Below are positions 1 through 12,625 of a stretch of 64,000 bases of DNA, piece by piece. Each line of letters starts with the position of its first letter. Position 1 is the stretch's first letter. A program made the translations under genes and the position numbers. Source of the stretch: Mustelus asterias (taxonomy: Eukaryota); assembly GCF_964213995.1 (NCBI RefSeq), contig NW_027590119.1, positions 2,790,001 to 2,854,000 of the forward strand, read 5' to 3'. The notes beneath the pieces were generated by a model, which saw nothing but the letters and a program-made list of their open reading frames with translations, was not told the origin of the DNA and searched no databases.

Positions 1-229
1 TCCTCATTGATTTGAGGCCAAAGTGTAACCTCTTATTTATTGTCCCCCTCCCCCATCCTCTGATGTGAACCATCCTCCAGTGGCTGAGCCAGGATGGGGC
101 CGTTAACCTGGGCCTGTTCCCGGGAGGGAGGGAGGGAGAAGCCCCGCAGCTGCAAACCAGGGAGCTGACAATGATTCTGAAGGGTTTGCGGATCCACAAA
201 GTGTTTCCAAATCCTCCCAGCCACCGCCT

Positions 230-560
230 AACGCTGACTCCGCTTCTCCGGGACAAACAAGCGCCAAGGACAGCAATGACACTGCGCATGCTCCACATCA
301 CAATGCCCGGGGACTGATTGACGGCAGCTCCGGACCAATAGGAAGAAGAGGCGGGGCTGGAGGACCGAGCGGGAGCGGCTGGTCCTCCAACCAATCGGAG
401 TGAATGAGGGGCGGGACCTCAAGCATGCGCAGTGCGGGTGAACCAGATAAACCTGTTGGACTTTAACCTGGTGTTGTTTGACTTGTTGCTGTGTTTACCC
501 CAGTCCAACGCCGGCATCTCCACATCAGTGCGGGTAATGGCAGACGGCCGGTTTTAGTTT
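230..560. promoter_or_regulatory. GC/CpG-rich promoter-like region upstream of G1
   Basis: NRF1-like TGCGCATG (283) and GCATGCGCA (423), CCAAT at 335 and 391, GGGGCGGG box, TGGAGGACC..GGTCCTCCA dyad 358-389 shared with other ZNF promoters. Confidence 0.6.
430..535. mobile_element. Short Penelope-like (PLE) terminal-repeat fragment with TSD
   Basis: ataaacctgttggactttaacctggtgttgt...ccccagtccaacgccggcatctccacat, flanked by direct repeat cagtgcgggt (430-439, 526-535). Confidence 0.75.
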
Positions 561-569
561 GGAAGCGAG

Positions 570-1105
570 ATCAATGAAGGGAAAGGAATGACTGGCAAAT
601 GGGAGGTTTTAAAAGTGTGATATCAAGAGTCCAGAGGCAGTATATTCCTGTTAAGATGAAGGGAAAGAATGGTAAATTTAGGGTTCTCTGGCAGACAAGG
701 GACATTGAGGCTCTGGTCAGGTAAAAAGAAGGAAGCATACATTGGGTTCAGGCAATCGGGGACAAGTGAATCACTCTGACTATAAAAAGTGTAAGAAAAT
801 ACTGAAGAGGGAAATCAGGAGGACAAAAAGAGGGTATGATATGGATCTGGCAGGTAAGATTAAAGAAAATTCCAAGAGGTTCTGTAGCTATATTAAGAGT
901 AAAAGGGTGGCTAGAGAGAGAATAGATCCCCTTAAAAATCAGTATGGCCATCTGTGTGTGGAGCCACAGGAGATGGGTGAGCTTTTTAATGAATACTTCT
1001 CCTCTGTGTTTACTGCGGAGAGCACCATGGGTGCTAAAGAAATAAGGGAAACAAGTGGTGATGTCTTGGGCATACGCATGTTACTTGGGAGGAGGTATCT
1101 GCAGC
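570..1105 (+). mobile_element. CR1-clade LINE ORF2 internal fragment
   Basis: ORF 742-1194 KREIRRTKRGY..IKENSKRF..NEYFSSVFT matches ORF2 at 18285-21299. Confidence 0.85.
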
Positions 1106-1109
1106 CTTA

Positions 1110-1296
1110 TAAAAGCAAATTACTGCGGATGCTGGAATCTGAAACCAAGAGAGAAAATGCTGGAAAATGTCAGCAGGTCTGGCAGCATCTGTAAGGAGAG
1201 AAAAGAGCTGATGTTTCTTGTCTCGATGACCCTTTGTCAAAGCTCTGAAACATCAGTTCTTTTCTCTCCATACAGATGCTGCCAGACCTGCTGAGA
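1110..1296. mobile_element. Hairpin repeat of a second PLE-like family
   Basis: Inverted arms cagcaggtctggcagcatctgta / tacagatgctgccagacctgctg; related copies at ~27750, ~36340, ~59590, ~63520. Confidence 0.6.
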
Positions 1297-1782
1297 ATGG
1301 GGAGAGAGTGTGTGGGATGGAGATTTACAGCTTCTGGGGAATGAGAGAGGAAAGAATGTTCCATAGAAATTGTCTGTTCTGAATTTCTATCCTGTACTGA
1401 CACTGATGACTTTTGGAAACTCATTTTACAGGATATTGAAAGAGGAATCACAGGCCGAAATCTCAAACGTCACGTCTCGATCTGACAGAGTCTTATTCCT
1501 TGGGACCTCAATATCATCGGATTTTGAATCCAGGAGGAGAAATGATTGTCCAGTCTGTCAATTTGAAAAGATTTGAAATGTCAGTGTGAGTGAAAAAGCA
1601 TCAACACACTGCCACACTTGAGAGAGAGTGTTCCAATGCACTGACTAAAGAGCTTTAACCAGTTACACAGTCTGAATAAATATCACACCATTCACAGCGG
1701 GGAGAGACTGTAATCTTGTTCTGTGTGTGGACGAAGTTTCAACTAATTGTCCACCCAAGAGAGAGGTAAGGACACCCGCACT

Positions 1783-2457
1783 ATGGAGAAACCGTGGAAA
1801 TGTGCGGACTGTGGGAAAAGATACAGAGCCCCATCTCTGCTGGCAGCTCATCGGCGCAGCCACACTGGGGCGAGACCATTCACCTGCTCTCAGTGTGAGA
1901 AGGGATTCATTCAGTTATCCAGTCTGCGGACACACCAGCGAGTTCACACTGGGGAGAGGCCATTCACCTGCTCTGAATGTGGGAAGGGATTCACGCAGTC
2001 ATCCCACCTGCAGACACACCAGCGAGTTCACACTGGGGAGAGGCCCTTCACTTGCTCTCAGTGTGGAAAGGGATTCATTCAGTTATCCAGCCTGCAGAGA
2101 CACCAGCGAGTTCACACTGGAGAGAGGCCGTTCACCTGCTCTCAGTGTGGGAAGGGATTCACTCAGTTATCCAGCCTGCGGACACACCAGCGAGTTCACA
2201 CTGGGGAGAGGCTGTTCACCTGCTCTCATTGTGGGGAGGGATTCACTTGTTCATCTACCCTGCGGACACACCAGCGGGTTCACACTGGGGAGAGGCCATT
2301 CACCTGTTCTCAGTGTGGGAAGGGATTCACTCAGTTATCCAGCCTGCAGAGACACCAGCGAGTTCACACTGGCGAGAGGCCGTTTACCTGCCCTCAGTGT
2401 GGGAAGGGTTTCAGCGTTTCATCCCGGCTGCTGAGACACCAGCAAGTTCACGAGTGA
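1783..2457 (+). CDS. G1: C2H2 zinc-finger protein, 8 fingers (ends QQVHE)
   Basis: 8 x 28-aa CxxC..HxxxH repeats with TGERP linkers; ATG in actATGg; putative acceptor ttttacag ending 1431. Confidence 0.9.
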   Translation: MEKPWKCADCGKRYRAPSLLAAHRRSHTGARPFTCSQCEKGFIQLSSLRTHQRVHTGERPFTCSECGKGFTQSSHLQTHQRVHTGERPFTCSQCGKGFIQLSSLQRHQRVHTGERPFTCSQCGKGFTQLSSLRTHQRVHTGERLFTCSHCGEGFTCSSTLRTHQRVHTGERPFTCSQCGKGFTQLSSLQRHQRVHTGERPFTCPQCGKGFSVSSRLLRHQQVHE

Positions 2458-2699
2458 TTCCAGAGGTTGGATTCTGCTGTTATTGTTTCTGCTCTCAGTG
2501 GCATCCAGGACTGTATTTTGTTCATTCTCACAGTTGGTCAAAGGGAAGGGTCAGAGGGTTTCTTTGTGCTGGACTGGCCGGTCTCAGTCTCCAGTGGGCT
2601 GATGTTCTTTGAGTCTTTTTGCGAATACCTGGTTTCAAATGTCACAAGGATCACAGAGTGACAGGGTGTTAGGAAGTTTAGAGATATTTAGTCAGAAGA

Positions 2700-3760
2700 A
2701 AACAGAGGTTGGCAGTGCAAAGGTACATTTCTGAATGGAGGGCTGTGACAAGTGACATTCCTCAGCGATCAGTGCTGGGACTTTTGCTGTTTGTAATATA
2801 TATAAATGATTTGGAGGATAATGTAACTGGTTTGATTGGTAAGTTTGTGGACGACACAAAGGTTGGTGGAATTGCGGATAGCGATGGGGACCGGCAGAGG
2901 ATACAGCAGGATATAGATCAGTTGGAGACTTGGGCGGAGAGATGGCAGATGAAGTTTAATCCGGACAAATGTGAGGTAATGCATTTTGGAAGGTCTAATA
3001 CAGTTGGAAATATACAGTTATTGGCAGAACCCTTAAGAGTATTGCTAGGCAGAAGGATCTGGGTGTACAGGTACACAGGTCATTGAAAGTGGCAATGCAG
3101 GTGGAGAAGGTCGTCAAGAAGGCATACGGCATGCTTGCCTTCATCGGCCGGGGCATTGAGTTTAAAAATTGGTAAGTCATGTTGCAGCTTTATAGAACCT
3201 TAGTTAGACCGCACTTGGAATCTAGTGTTCAATTCTGGTCACCATAGTACCAGAAGGATGTGGAGGCTTTGGAGAGGGTACGGAAAATATTTATCAGGAT
3301 GTTGTCTGGTGTGGAGGGCATTAGCTATGAGGAGAGGTTGGAGAAACTTGGTTTGTTCTCACTGGAACGACGGAGGTTGAGGGGGGGCGACCTGATAGAA
3401 GTCTACAAGATTATGAGGGACATGGACAGAGTGGATAATCTGAAGCTTTTTCCCAGGTTGGAAGAGTCAATTACTAGGGGGCATAGGTTTAAGGTGCAAG
3501 GGGCAAGGTTTAAAGGAGATGTACCAGGCAGGTTTTTTACACAGAGGGTGGTGGGTGCCTGGAACTCGTTGCCGGGGAAGGTAGTGGAAGCAGATATGAT
3601 AGTGACTTTTAAGATGTGTCTTGACAAATATATGAAACGCATAGGAATAGAGGGATATGGTCCCTGTAAAGGGAGGGGGTTTTAGTTCAGACGGGCAGCA
3701 TGGTTGCTGCAGGCTTGGAGGGCCAAAGGGCTTGTTTCTGTGCTGTAATTTTCTTTGTTC
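2700..3760 (+). mobile_element. 5'-truncated CR1 LINE (RT C-terminal half and 3' tail)
   Basis: PQRSVLG, KFVDDTK, FNPDKC, RGDLIEVYKIM motifs; same insertion at the same site after G7 (44690-45730). Confidence 0.9.
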
Positions 3761-3894
3761 TTCGTTCTGTTTGGAACATCCCAAATGGCCATCCAATTTC
3801 CTTTTTAATTGTTTATTGTCTCCACTTCCTCCACCCTCTTAGGCAGCGAGTTTCAGGTCATTACCATTCGCTGCATCAGAATATTCTTCCTCAC

Positions 3895-3975
3895 ATCTCC
3901 CCCCCACCCCCCCCTCCCCCCTCCCCCTCCCCGCCACTACCCCCCCCCCCCACTCCTCCCCCACTCCTCCCCTTG
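3895..3975. repeat. C-rich low-complexity tract
   Basis: Runs of C with interruptions inside an old CR1 tail fragment. Confidence 0.8.
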
Positions 3976-4345
3976 CATCTCTGACCCAAAACCATAAATC
4001 TGTGTGCCCCCCTCGTCCTTGTCCCATCAGCTAAGGGAACAGCTTTTCTTTGTCCACCTTATCTAAACCTGTCAGAATCTTGTCCACCTCGATCAAATCT
4101 CCCCTCAACCTCCTTTTCTCCAAGAGGAACAAGCCCAGCCTGACATCGACAATAAAGCACAAAGTAACAGAATATGTTAATACCTGAAATCAAATGGGAA
4201 TGTTTAATTTCTGTTTTAAAGATATTGTGAATATATTGTCCTGGACAATAAAGGAATTGGAATAACTCACCTTGGGTGTGGTTGAATGGAATATATCAAT
4301 CTGATATCCACCTGCAGTCCAGTGAAAGTCTGGAATATGTAGCTG

Positions 4346-4567
4346 GAAGTCCCTTCCTAATAGCACTGTGGGTGGATGTACACCTCAGGCATTGCAGCAG
4401 TTCAAGAAGGCACCCTTGGGGTTGAGGTTGACCATGGCCGAGGCAGCTCCATACAGCCACATATTCTGTTATAATTGAAGGACTGCAGATTGAATGTGAG
4501 GCATTATGGGACTGGACTATCTTGACCACATTCCTGTGACTGCCCGGAAACTCATGTGTCTATTTTA
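4346..4567 (+). repeat. ~220-bp direct repeat, copy 1 (copy 2 at ~6825-7044)
   Basis: ccttcctaa.agcactgtggg...gcccggaaactc..gtgtctatttta present twice, flanking CR1 fragments. Confidence 0.85.
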
Positions 4568-5695
4568 AAGAACAAAGAACAATACAGCACAGGAACAGGC
4601 ACTTCGGCCCTCCAAGCCTGCGCTGATCATGTCTTCCTAACTAGACCATCCGTTTGTATCCCTCTATTCCCAGTCTGTTCATGTGGTTATCTAGATAAGT
4701 CTTAAATGATCCTCCCGTGTCTGCCTCAACCACCTTGCTTGGTAGTGCATTCCAGGCCCCCACCACCCTCTGTGTAAAATACGTCCCCTGCATATCTGTA
4801 TTGAACCTTGCCCCCCTTACCTTGAACTTGTGACCCCTTGTGTTTGTCATTTCTGACCTGGGAATAAGCTTCCAACTGTTCACCCTATCTATGCCCTTCA
4901 GAATTTTGTAAACTTCTATTAGGTCGCCCTCAACCTCCGTCTTTCCAGGGAGAACAAACCTAGTTTACTCAATCTCTCCTCATAGCGAATACCCTCCATA
5001 CCAGGCAACATCCTGGTAAATCTTTTCTGTACTCTCTCCAAAGCCTCCACGTCATCCTTCTGGTAGTGTGACGACCAGAACTGGACGCAGTATTCCAAAT
5101 GTGGCCTAACCAACGTTCTATATAACTGCAACATCATATGCCAACTTTTATACTCTATGCCCCAATAAAGGCAAGCATGCCATATGCCTTCTTCACCCCC
5201 CTTTCCACCTGTGCTGCCACCCTTAAGGATCGTGGACTTGCGCACCCAAATCCCTCTTGTGTGTCTATACTCCTGATGGTTCTGCCATTTATTGTATAGC
5301 TCCCCCCTGCATTAGATCTACCAAAATGCATCACTTCGCATTTATCTGGATTAAGTTCCCTCGACAATCATTTTTGTCACCTCCTCAAAAAACGCAACCA
5401 AATTTGTGAGGCATGACCTCCCTTGTACAAAACCATGTTGTCTATCGCTAATGAGATTATTCAGTTCTAAATGTGTATAGATCCTATCTCTAAGAATCTT
5501 CTCCAACAATTTCCCTACCACGGACGTCAAGTTCACTGGCCTATAATTACCCGGGTTATCCTTGCTACCCTTCTTAAATAACGGGACCACATTTGCTATC
5601 CTCAAATCCTCTGGGACCTCACCTGTGTCCAATGAAGAAACAAAGATTTTTGTGAGAGGCCCAGAAATTTCATCTCTTGTCTCTCTCAGTAACTG
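4568..5695 (-). mobile_element. CR1 LINE fragment(s), 3' tail at left, discontinuity at ~5356
   Basis: Minus-strand VRPHLEYCVQFWS, NPDKCEVMHFG, NYRPVNLTS motifs; ttctttgttcttt tail. Confidence 0.9.
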
Positions 5696-5696
5696 G

Positions 5697-6823
5697 AAAC
5701 TTGATAAGGTGCCCCATGCAAGGCTTATTGAGAAAGTGAGGGGGCATGGGATCCAAGGGGACATTGCTTTGTGGATCCAGAACTGGCTTGCCCACAGAAG
5801 GCAAAGAGTGGTTATAGACGGGTCATATTCTGCAGGGAGGTCGGTCACCAGTGGAGTGCCCCAGGGATCTGTTCTGGGAACCTTACTCTTCGTGATTTTT
5901 ATAAATGACCTGGATGAGGAAGTGGAGGGATGGGTTGGTAAGTTTGCTGATGACACAAAGTTTGGAGGTGTTGTGGATGGTGTGGAGGGATGTCAGAAGT
6001 TGCAGCGAGACATTGATAGGATGCAAGACTGGGTGGAGAAGTGGCAGATGGAGTTCAACCCAGATAAGTGTGAGGTAGTTCATATTGGCAGGTCAAATAG
6101 GATGGCGGAATATAATATTAATGGTAGGACTCTTGGCAGAGTGGAAGATCAGAAGGATCTTGGGGTCCGAGTTCATAGGACGCTCAAAGCAGCTGTGCAG
6201 GTTGAGGCTGTGGTTAAGAAGGCGGATGGTGTACTGGCCTTCATCAATCGAGGAATTGAGCTTAGGAGTCGTGAGATAATGTTGCAGCTGTATAAGACCC
6301 TGGTCAGACCACACTTGGAGTACTGTGCTCAGTTCTGGTCGCCTCATTACAGAAGGATGTGGAAGCCATAGAAAGGGTGCAGAGGAGATTTACAAGGATG
6401 TTGCCTGGGTTGGGGAGCATGCCTTATGAGGATAGGTTGAGTGAGCTCAGTCTTTTCTCCTTGGAGAGACAAAGGATGAGGGGTGACCTGATAGAGGTGT
6501 ATAAGATGTTGAGAGGTATTGATCGAGTGGATAGTCAGAGACTTTTTCCCAGGGCTGAAATGGTTGCCACAAGACCACACAGGTTTAAGGTGCTGGGGAG
6601 TAGGTACAGAGGAGATGTCAGGGGTAAGTTTTTCACTCAGAGGGTGGTGGGTGGTGGAGGCGGATTCGATAGGGTCTTTTAAGAGCCTTTTAGATAAGTA
6701 CATGGAACTTAGTAAGATAGAGGGTTATAGGTAAGCCTCGTAATCGCTAAGGTAGGGACATGTTCGGCACGACTTTGTGGGCTGAAGGGCAGGTATTGTG
6801 CTGTAGTTTTTCTATGTTTCTAT
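5697..6823 (+). mobile_element. CR1 LINE 3' fragment (RT and tail)
   Basis: DKVPH, SGVPQGSVLG, KFADDTK; tail tttctatgtttctatg. Confidence 0.9.
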
Positions 6824-8104
6824 GGAACTTCCTTCCTAACAGCACTGTGGGTGTACGTACACCTCAGGCATTGCAGCAGTTCAAGAAGGCACCCTTGGGG
6901 TTGGGGTTGACCATGGCCAAGGCAGCTACATACAGCCACATATTCTGTTATAATTGAAGGACTGCAGATTGAATGTGAGGCATTGTGGGACTGGACTATC
7001 TTGACCATATTCCTGTGACTGCCCGGAAACTCGTGTCTATTTTAGTTTATAATTGAGGATTTCTGGGAATAAGTTAAATGGGGAAATATTAAGCACAGCC
7101 TGGAGGAATTTGGAATAACTGAGAATTTTATCCCCAGATAAAGAACAAAGATTTTGCCTGTGTTTGGGTGTAACGTGTTTGGGATTTTAAATCAACAAAG
7201 ATGTTGCCTCTAAAATCAGTCCTTGGAAGTTGGCTTAAAAAAGGTTAAGTTATAATGAAGGATCTTGGATCTTATTTCAATCAAGGAGTTGTGAGTTTGT
7301 AGTGCTCTGTCCCTTTAAGAAGCTAAAGCTGCGAGAGAGAATGCTGAGGATTCATTGTTTGAAATTTACGAGCTGTGAGAATCTGTGTGTTTTGTTTGTT
7401 TTATGTGGATGTTTGTAGATGTGTTTTATCATTGTTTTGGGCTACATTTGTTAAGGTTTATCTTTCTGGAGAATTAACCTTACCATGAGTCTTTAATTAA
7501 AGGCATTTTTGGAAGTTTAAAAACAGGATCACAAGAACGCTTCAGGAATTAATTTTGGTTATTGTTGTTGTAAAGCACATGCTATGTTTCTCTGTTTGTG
7601 TGTGGATGATATTTGTGGGTTGAACGCTTCAAGCTTTCAGGTTTTCTGTCTGTGATTTAAATCAAACAGATTTTTAAAAAAGGAAGTGTGATCAATAAAA
7701 CTTTTTTTGTTCAGAAGTTATGAACCTGGAGCCATATTTACTGGCCAGAGACAGGATTCCAGGATATTTTACTAAACATGTGGGAATTTTAATCCGAATA
7801 CAATTCACCCATGTGAGAATGAGAGTTTTAATTTGTAATGGTTATTTAAAATTTGACACATGTGAAATGATTCTGACCAATCCTGTGTTGGATTGATCTT
7901 GGGTTAAACTTCCTGTCAGGTCCAAAGATTTATTCCTGACGCAAGTAACACAAAGAAAAGGAAAATTCTGGAATTGGATACTGAAGAAAAGAGTTTAAAA
8001 AGAGAGATTATTAAATAGAAATGTTCCCAGACCATGTGGTCATTAGATTAAAACAAAGGAAGGGTGCTGACGTCCATGAGAACTTTTAATCCATCCCATT
8101 TCTA

Positions 8105-8420
8105 ACTAAGGGAGTCTATGTACAAAGAAAGCCCAAGAAAGACCCCCCCAAGGGGGGTCGGGAAAGCATCATGATGGGGGCACCTGTCCATGAGATGATC
8201 ACATAGCCCCATAATGCCCAGATACTAATTTTAATGAACCTATAATGTATGTAATCTATCACCATTCTGATTGGATTGTGTCCAGCCGGGATGGGCTGAG
8301 TAACTGGATAAGAATTGATGATATTCTTTGTTGGGTGGAGTTGCACATGGTCAGCCCCTGTGGCTTCTCCCCGCTGGCGTAACTCAATAAACTGTTTGTC
8401 GATTGAATCAGGCACAACAC
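8105..8420 (+). mobile_element. LTR-like segment (inverted copy ~22390-22735)
   Basis: AATAAA followed by U5-like sequence; the second copy ends ...ccccccaaca; family not identified. Confidence 0.35.
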
Positions 8421-8429
8421 ACTGGGTAC

Positions 8430-9697
8430 ATTCCCACTTCATCCTTGGGAGTGGCCTGATAGGCCGTGGTCCAGACTAAATGTGGCCTTTGAGGGGCCTT
8501 TCATGAATCACATGTGTTTGCTCGTTGTAAATGTGCATTCAAAATGGTTGGAAGCACAGATCATGAGTAATATTCCAGCTCCTGTGACAATAGAGAAGCT
8601 CTGTCAAATTTTCACAAGCCCTGGGTTACCAGATTGGCTTGTTTCAGATAACGACACTCTGTTTACAAGTGAGGTGTTTCAGGAATTCCTGTAAAGGAAT
8701 GGTCTACGCCATGTGCGTACTGCACCGTTTCATCTGGCTACAAATGGTCTCTCAGAAAGAGCTGTTCAAACTCTGAAGGAGGGATTGAAGAGAATGGCAA
8801 GCGATACTTTAAGAACAAGCTCTCAAGATTTTTGTTCCAGTTTCGCATCACACCACAATCCACAACCAGACTCTCTCCTGTGGAATTTTTAGGTAGAAGG
8901 TCGAAGTCTCATCTGGATCTGCTTCACCCAGATCTCAGAGCAAAAGTGAGCAGGAGACAAGAGAAGCAGAAGGAGGGACACGACTACCGCGCCAAAGAGA
9001 GGCAGTTCAAACCGGGTGATCAGGTTTATATCAGAAACTTTGGGAGTAACCAAAGGTGGTTACCGGGAATAATTTTAAACCAAAGTGGTCCAGTATCTTG
9101 GGTGGTGAGACTGTAAAACGGAAGAGTTGTTCGCAGACACCAAGACCATATTCGCTTGCGGTGTGACCCCGAGTCAGGAACAGTTTCAGAGTCAGCAACC
9201 ATTACTGAGAACATGGCAGAGGGTCATGCTGCTGTGGATGTTCACCAGGAAATGGTTCCAGCTTTGCCAGTTGACTCTGCTGTGGGAGTGGAAGAGGAAT
9301 GTTCATGTACAGATTCTCAAACTACCTCTTCACCTCCCATTCCAGAAACACCATTACAAGATTTACCAGTGGTATTGTACAGGTCGCAATGAAACCACAA
9401 AGCTCCTGACAGACTTCCGTATTGTTAAAGACATTACTTTGTTGTATTTCTGTCCTGATGGGGGATTGAAATTTAAGGAGAGGAGAAGTGTTACAGAGTG
9501 TTCTTCTCAACCTCTCTCCCTTCTGAGCACGTGCGGGCTTTGGGTGGGGTTTCAGTCTGCAAGTCCTGGCTGGTTCCAATGCTCCTGTTTCCTTTAGTTT
9601 GCCAATGATTTTTAACCTTTGTTATTTATTTATATAAAGAACATCCTGCTTTTAACAACACATTTGACTACCTTATTTGTGGACTGAAGTTTCCACA
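8430..9697 (+). mobile_element. Ty3/gypsy LTR retrotransposon remnant: integrase, PPT and 3' LTR
   Basis: HPWEWPDRPWSRL, HSKWLE, LVSDN, ATNGLSERAVQTLK, TPQSTT integrase motifs with stops and frameshifts; purine tract aaggagaggagaag, then TGTTACA(9489)...CCACA(9697). Confidence 0.8.
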
Positions 9698-9919
9698 ATT
9701 GTAAATCAGGAGATTAGTTAAATAGATAGCCTGAATTGAGAGACAATTAAAGAATACATGATTCATTAATACAGATGTTCGGCTGGAAATGTAAATTTGA
9801 ATACAAAAGTTTATAACGTTTAGAATTATAAACATAATAAGAATGGTTAAAATGTGTGGGAATTATAAGATATTGCCTTCTGATGCCAACAGAATAGAAA
9901 AAACATAACAAGACTTGTT

Positions 9920-10180
9920 AGGGTGGCCCGGTGGCACACTGGTTAGCACTGCTGCCTCACAGTGCCAGGGACCTGGGTTTGATTCCCGGCTTGGGTGACT
10001 CTGTGGACTTTGCACGTTGTTCCCGTGTCTGCCGGGTTTTCTTCCGGGAGCTCTGGTTTCCTCCCACAGTCCGAAAGATGTGCTGGTTAGGTGCATTGAC
10101 CATGCTAAATTCTCCCTCAGTGTAACCCAAACAGATGCCAGAGTTCGGTGACTCGGGGATTTTCCCAGGAACTTCATTTA
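9920..10180 (+). mobile_element. tRNA-derived SINE (HE1-related head)
   Basis: tggcacactggttagcactgctgcctcacag A-box region, B-box-like ggtttgattcc, conserved central domain. Confidence 0.8.
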
Positions 10181-10450
10181 TTAGTGTCACAAGTCGGCTT
10201 ACATTAACATTGCAATGAAGTTACTCTGAAAATCCCCGAGTCGCCACACTCAGGCGCCTGTTTGGGTACACTGAGGGAGAATTTAGCACGGCCAGTGCAC
10301 CTAACTAGCAGGTCTTTCGGGCTGTGGGAGGAAACCGGAGCACCCGGAGGAAACCCACACAGACACGGGGAGAATGTGCAGACTGTGACCCAAGCTGGGA
10401 GTCAAACCCAGGCCCTGGCGCTGTGAGGCAGCAGCGCAAACCACTGTGCC
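10176..10450 (-). mobile_element. tRNA-derived SINE, inverted and abutting the previous copy
   Basis: Reverse complement of the same SINE head and body. Confidence 0.8.
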
Positions 10451-11039
10451 CTACAGAGAGGTGTTGGGAGCTGTTGATTTTACAAGTTATCCATGTTTTC
10501 AGAGCCATCACTTCATGTCCTGGTCTGACAAGGATGGAGAGAAGTCTGTTCATAAGATATAGGAGCAGAATGAGGCCATTCGGCCCATCGAGTCTGCTCC
10601 GTCATTCGTTCATGGCTGATATGCTTCTCATCTCCATGTTCCTGCTTCTCCCCATAACCTTTCAGAAGTTCATATGTTCAATTGTTAAAGCTAAACTTTC
10701 TCCTTTTACTGTTAATTGATACTTTGCTTTTTTATCTTTCTGACTTGTGACATTTCTAATGGTTAATAAACTTCCTGAATTCACCGTTTAAAGTATTCTT
10801 TCCAGCCACATGGTTAAGTCACTGGAACCTGGTGTGATTTACAGTTATGGAGTTATTGTAAACAAGAGAACCTCATAAATCTTAGTTCAAATAAATCAAA
10901 GTTCTCACAAATGGAATGCTGTCCTTTATTCTGAGAGAAATTGAACACAGAAGTAAAGATGTTCTGCTTCAGTTATACAGGGCATTGCTGAAACTGCATC
11001 TTGAACACTGGGTGCAGTTTTGTCTCCAATTAAACAAAG

Positions 11040-11373
11040 GATCGTAGAATCCCTGCAGCACAGACGGAGGCCGTTCTGCCCATTGAGTCTGTACCAAACA
11101 CCATCCCACCCAGGCCCTATTCCCATAACCCCACACATTTACCCTGCTAATCCCCCTCACACAAGGGTCAATTTTAGCATGGCCAATCAACCTAACCCGC
11201 ACATCTTTGGACCGTGGGAGGAAACCGGAGCACCCGCAGGAAACCCACGCAGACACGGGGAGAATGTCCAAACTCCACACAGATAGTGAATCGGACCAGG
11301 GACCCAGGAATTGAACCTGGGTCCGTGGCGCTGTGAGGCAGCAGTGCTAACCACTGTGCCACCGTGCTGCCCC
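11040..11373 (-). mobile_element. HE1-like SINE with CR1-type tail
   Basis: gggcagcacggtggcacagtggttagc..ggttcaattcc on the minus strand; same insertion at ~33267 in the duplicate. Confidence 0.85.
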
Positions 11374-11782
11374 ATTTTATAAATACCATGGAAGCAGTTC
11401 AGAGGAGGTTTACTAGATTGACTCCCATCCAGTAGTGTGAAATGTTAACTCTGTTTCTCTCTCCACAGATGCTGCCAGAGCTGCTGCGTTTTTCCAGTTC
11501 TTTCTGTCTTTATTTCAGATCTCACTGTAGTGGGGGGAAAAACACTATTTACTATCCAGGATTAAATAAATGTCCTTCATCAGCTTTTGTGGATCATTTC
11601 AGTGGAAATGTGCTCTCCCAGGCTCAAAGAGCATCAGCCCACTGGAAGAAAAGTTGTGAGACCGGCCAATCCAGCAAAAAGAAATCCTTCGACCCTCCCA
11701 CTTCACCAACTGTCAGAATGAACATGGTTCAGTCCTGGATGTGATTAACAGCAGCAATAACAGCAGAATCCAACCCCTGTCA

Positions 11783-12625
11783 TCACTTGTGAACTCGCTG
11801 GTGTCTCCGCAGGCTGGATGACTGAGTGAATCCCTTCCCACACACACAGCAGGTGAACGGTCTCTCCCCAGTGTGAACTCGCTGGTGTTCCTGCAGGTTG
11901 GATGACGTTCTAAATTTCTTTGTGCAGTGAGAGCAGCTGAATGGTCTCTCCTCAGTGTGAATGCGCTGGTGGATCATCAGATCCCCAGAACGTTTGAAAC
12001 TACTTCCACAGTCAGAGCATTTAAAGGGTCTCTCCTGGGTATGAGTGAGTTTGTGACTCAGCAGGCTGGATGAATGAGTGAATGCCTTCCCACACACAGA
12101 GCAGGTGAACGGTCTCTCCCTGGTGTGAATTCGCTGGTGCTCCCGCAGGTGGGATGATGTTCTAAATGTCTTTGTGCAGTGAGAGCAGCTGAACGGTCTC
12201 TCCCCAGTGTGAATGCGCTGGTGGATCATCAGTTCCCGAGAGCTTTTGAAACCACTTCCACAGTCAGAGCATTTAAAGGGTCTCTCATTGCTGTGAGTGA
12301 CTTTGTGTTTCGACAGGTTGGATAACTGCATAAATCCTTTCCCACATACCAAGCAGATGAATGGTCTCTCTCCAGTGTGAACGCGCTGGTGTCTCTGCAG
12401 ATCGGGTAAATGAGCGAATCCGTTCCCACACTCAAAGCAGATGAATGCTCTTTCTCCAGTGTGAACCAGTCGATGTCGCTGCAGATGATATAACCGAGTG
12501 AATCCCTTCCCACACACAGAACAGGTGTACGGCTTCTCTCCAGTGTGAATACGTCGATGGGTTTGCAGCTCAGAGGGGGTTTTGCAACCCTTCCCACAGT
12601 CCCCACATTTCCACGGTTTCTCCAT
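11783..12625 (-). CDS. G2: C2H2 zinc-finger protein, 10 fingers (ends QRVHK)
   Basis: 280-aa ORF = 10 x 28 aa; accATGg start; close paralog of G5. Confidence 0.9.
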   Translation of the reverse strand: MEKPWKCGDCGKGCKTPSELQTHRRIHTGEKPYTCSVCGKGFTRLYHLQRHRLVHTGERAFICFECGNGFAHLPDLQRHQRVHTGERPFICLVCGKGFMQLSNLSKHKVTHSNERPFKCSDCGSGFKSSRELMIHQRIHTGERPFSCSHCTKTFRTSSHLREHQRIHTRERPFTCSVCGKAFTHSSSLLSHKLTHTQERPFKCSDCGSSFKRSGDLMIHQRIHTEERPFSCSHCTKKFRTSSNLQEHQRVHTGERPFTCCVCGKGFTQSSSLRRHQRVHK

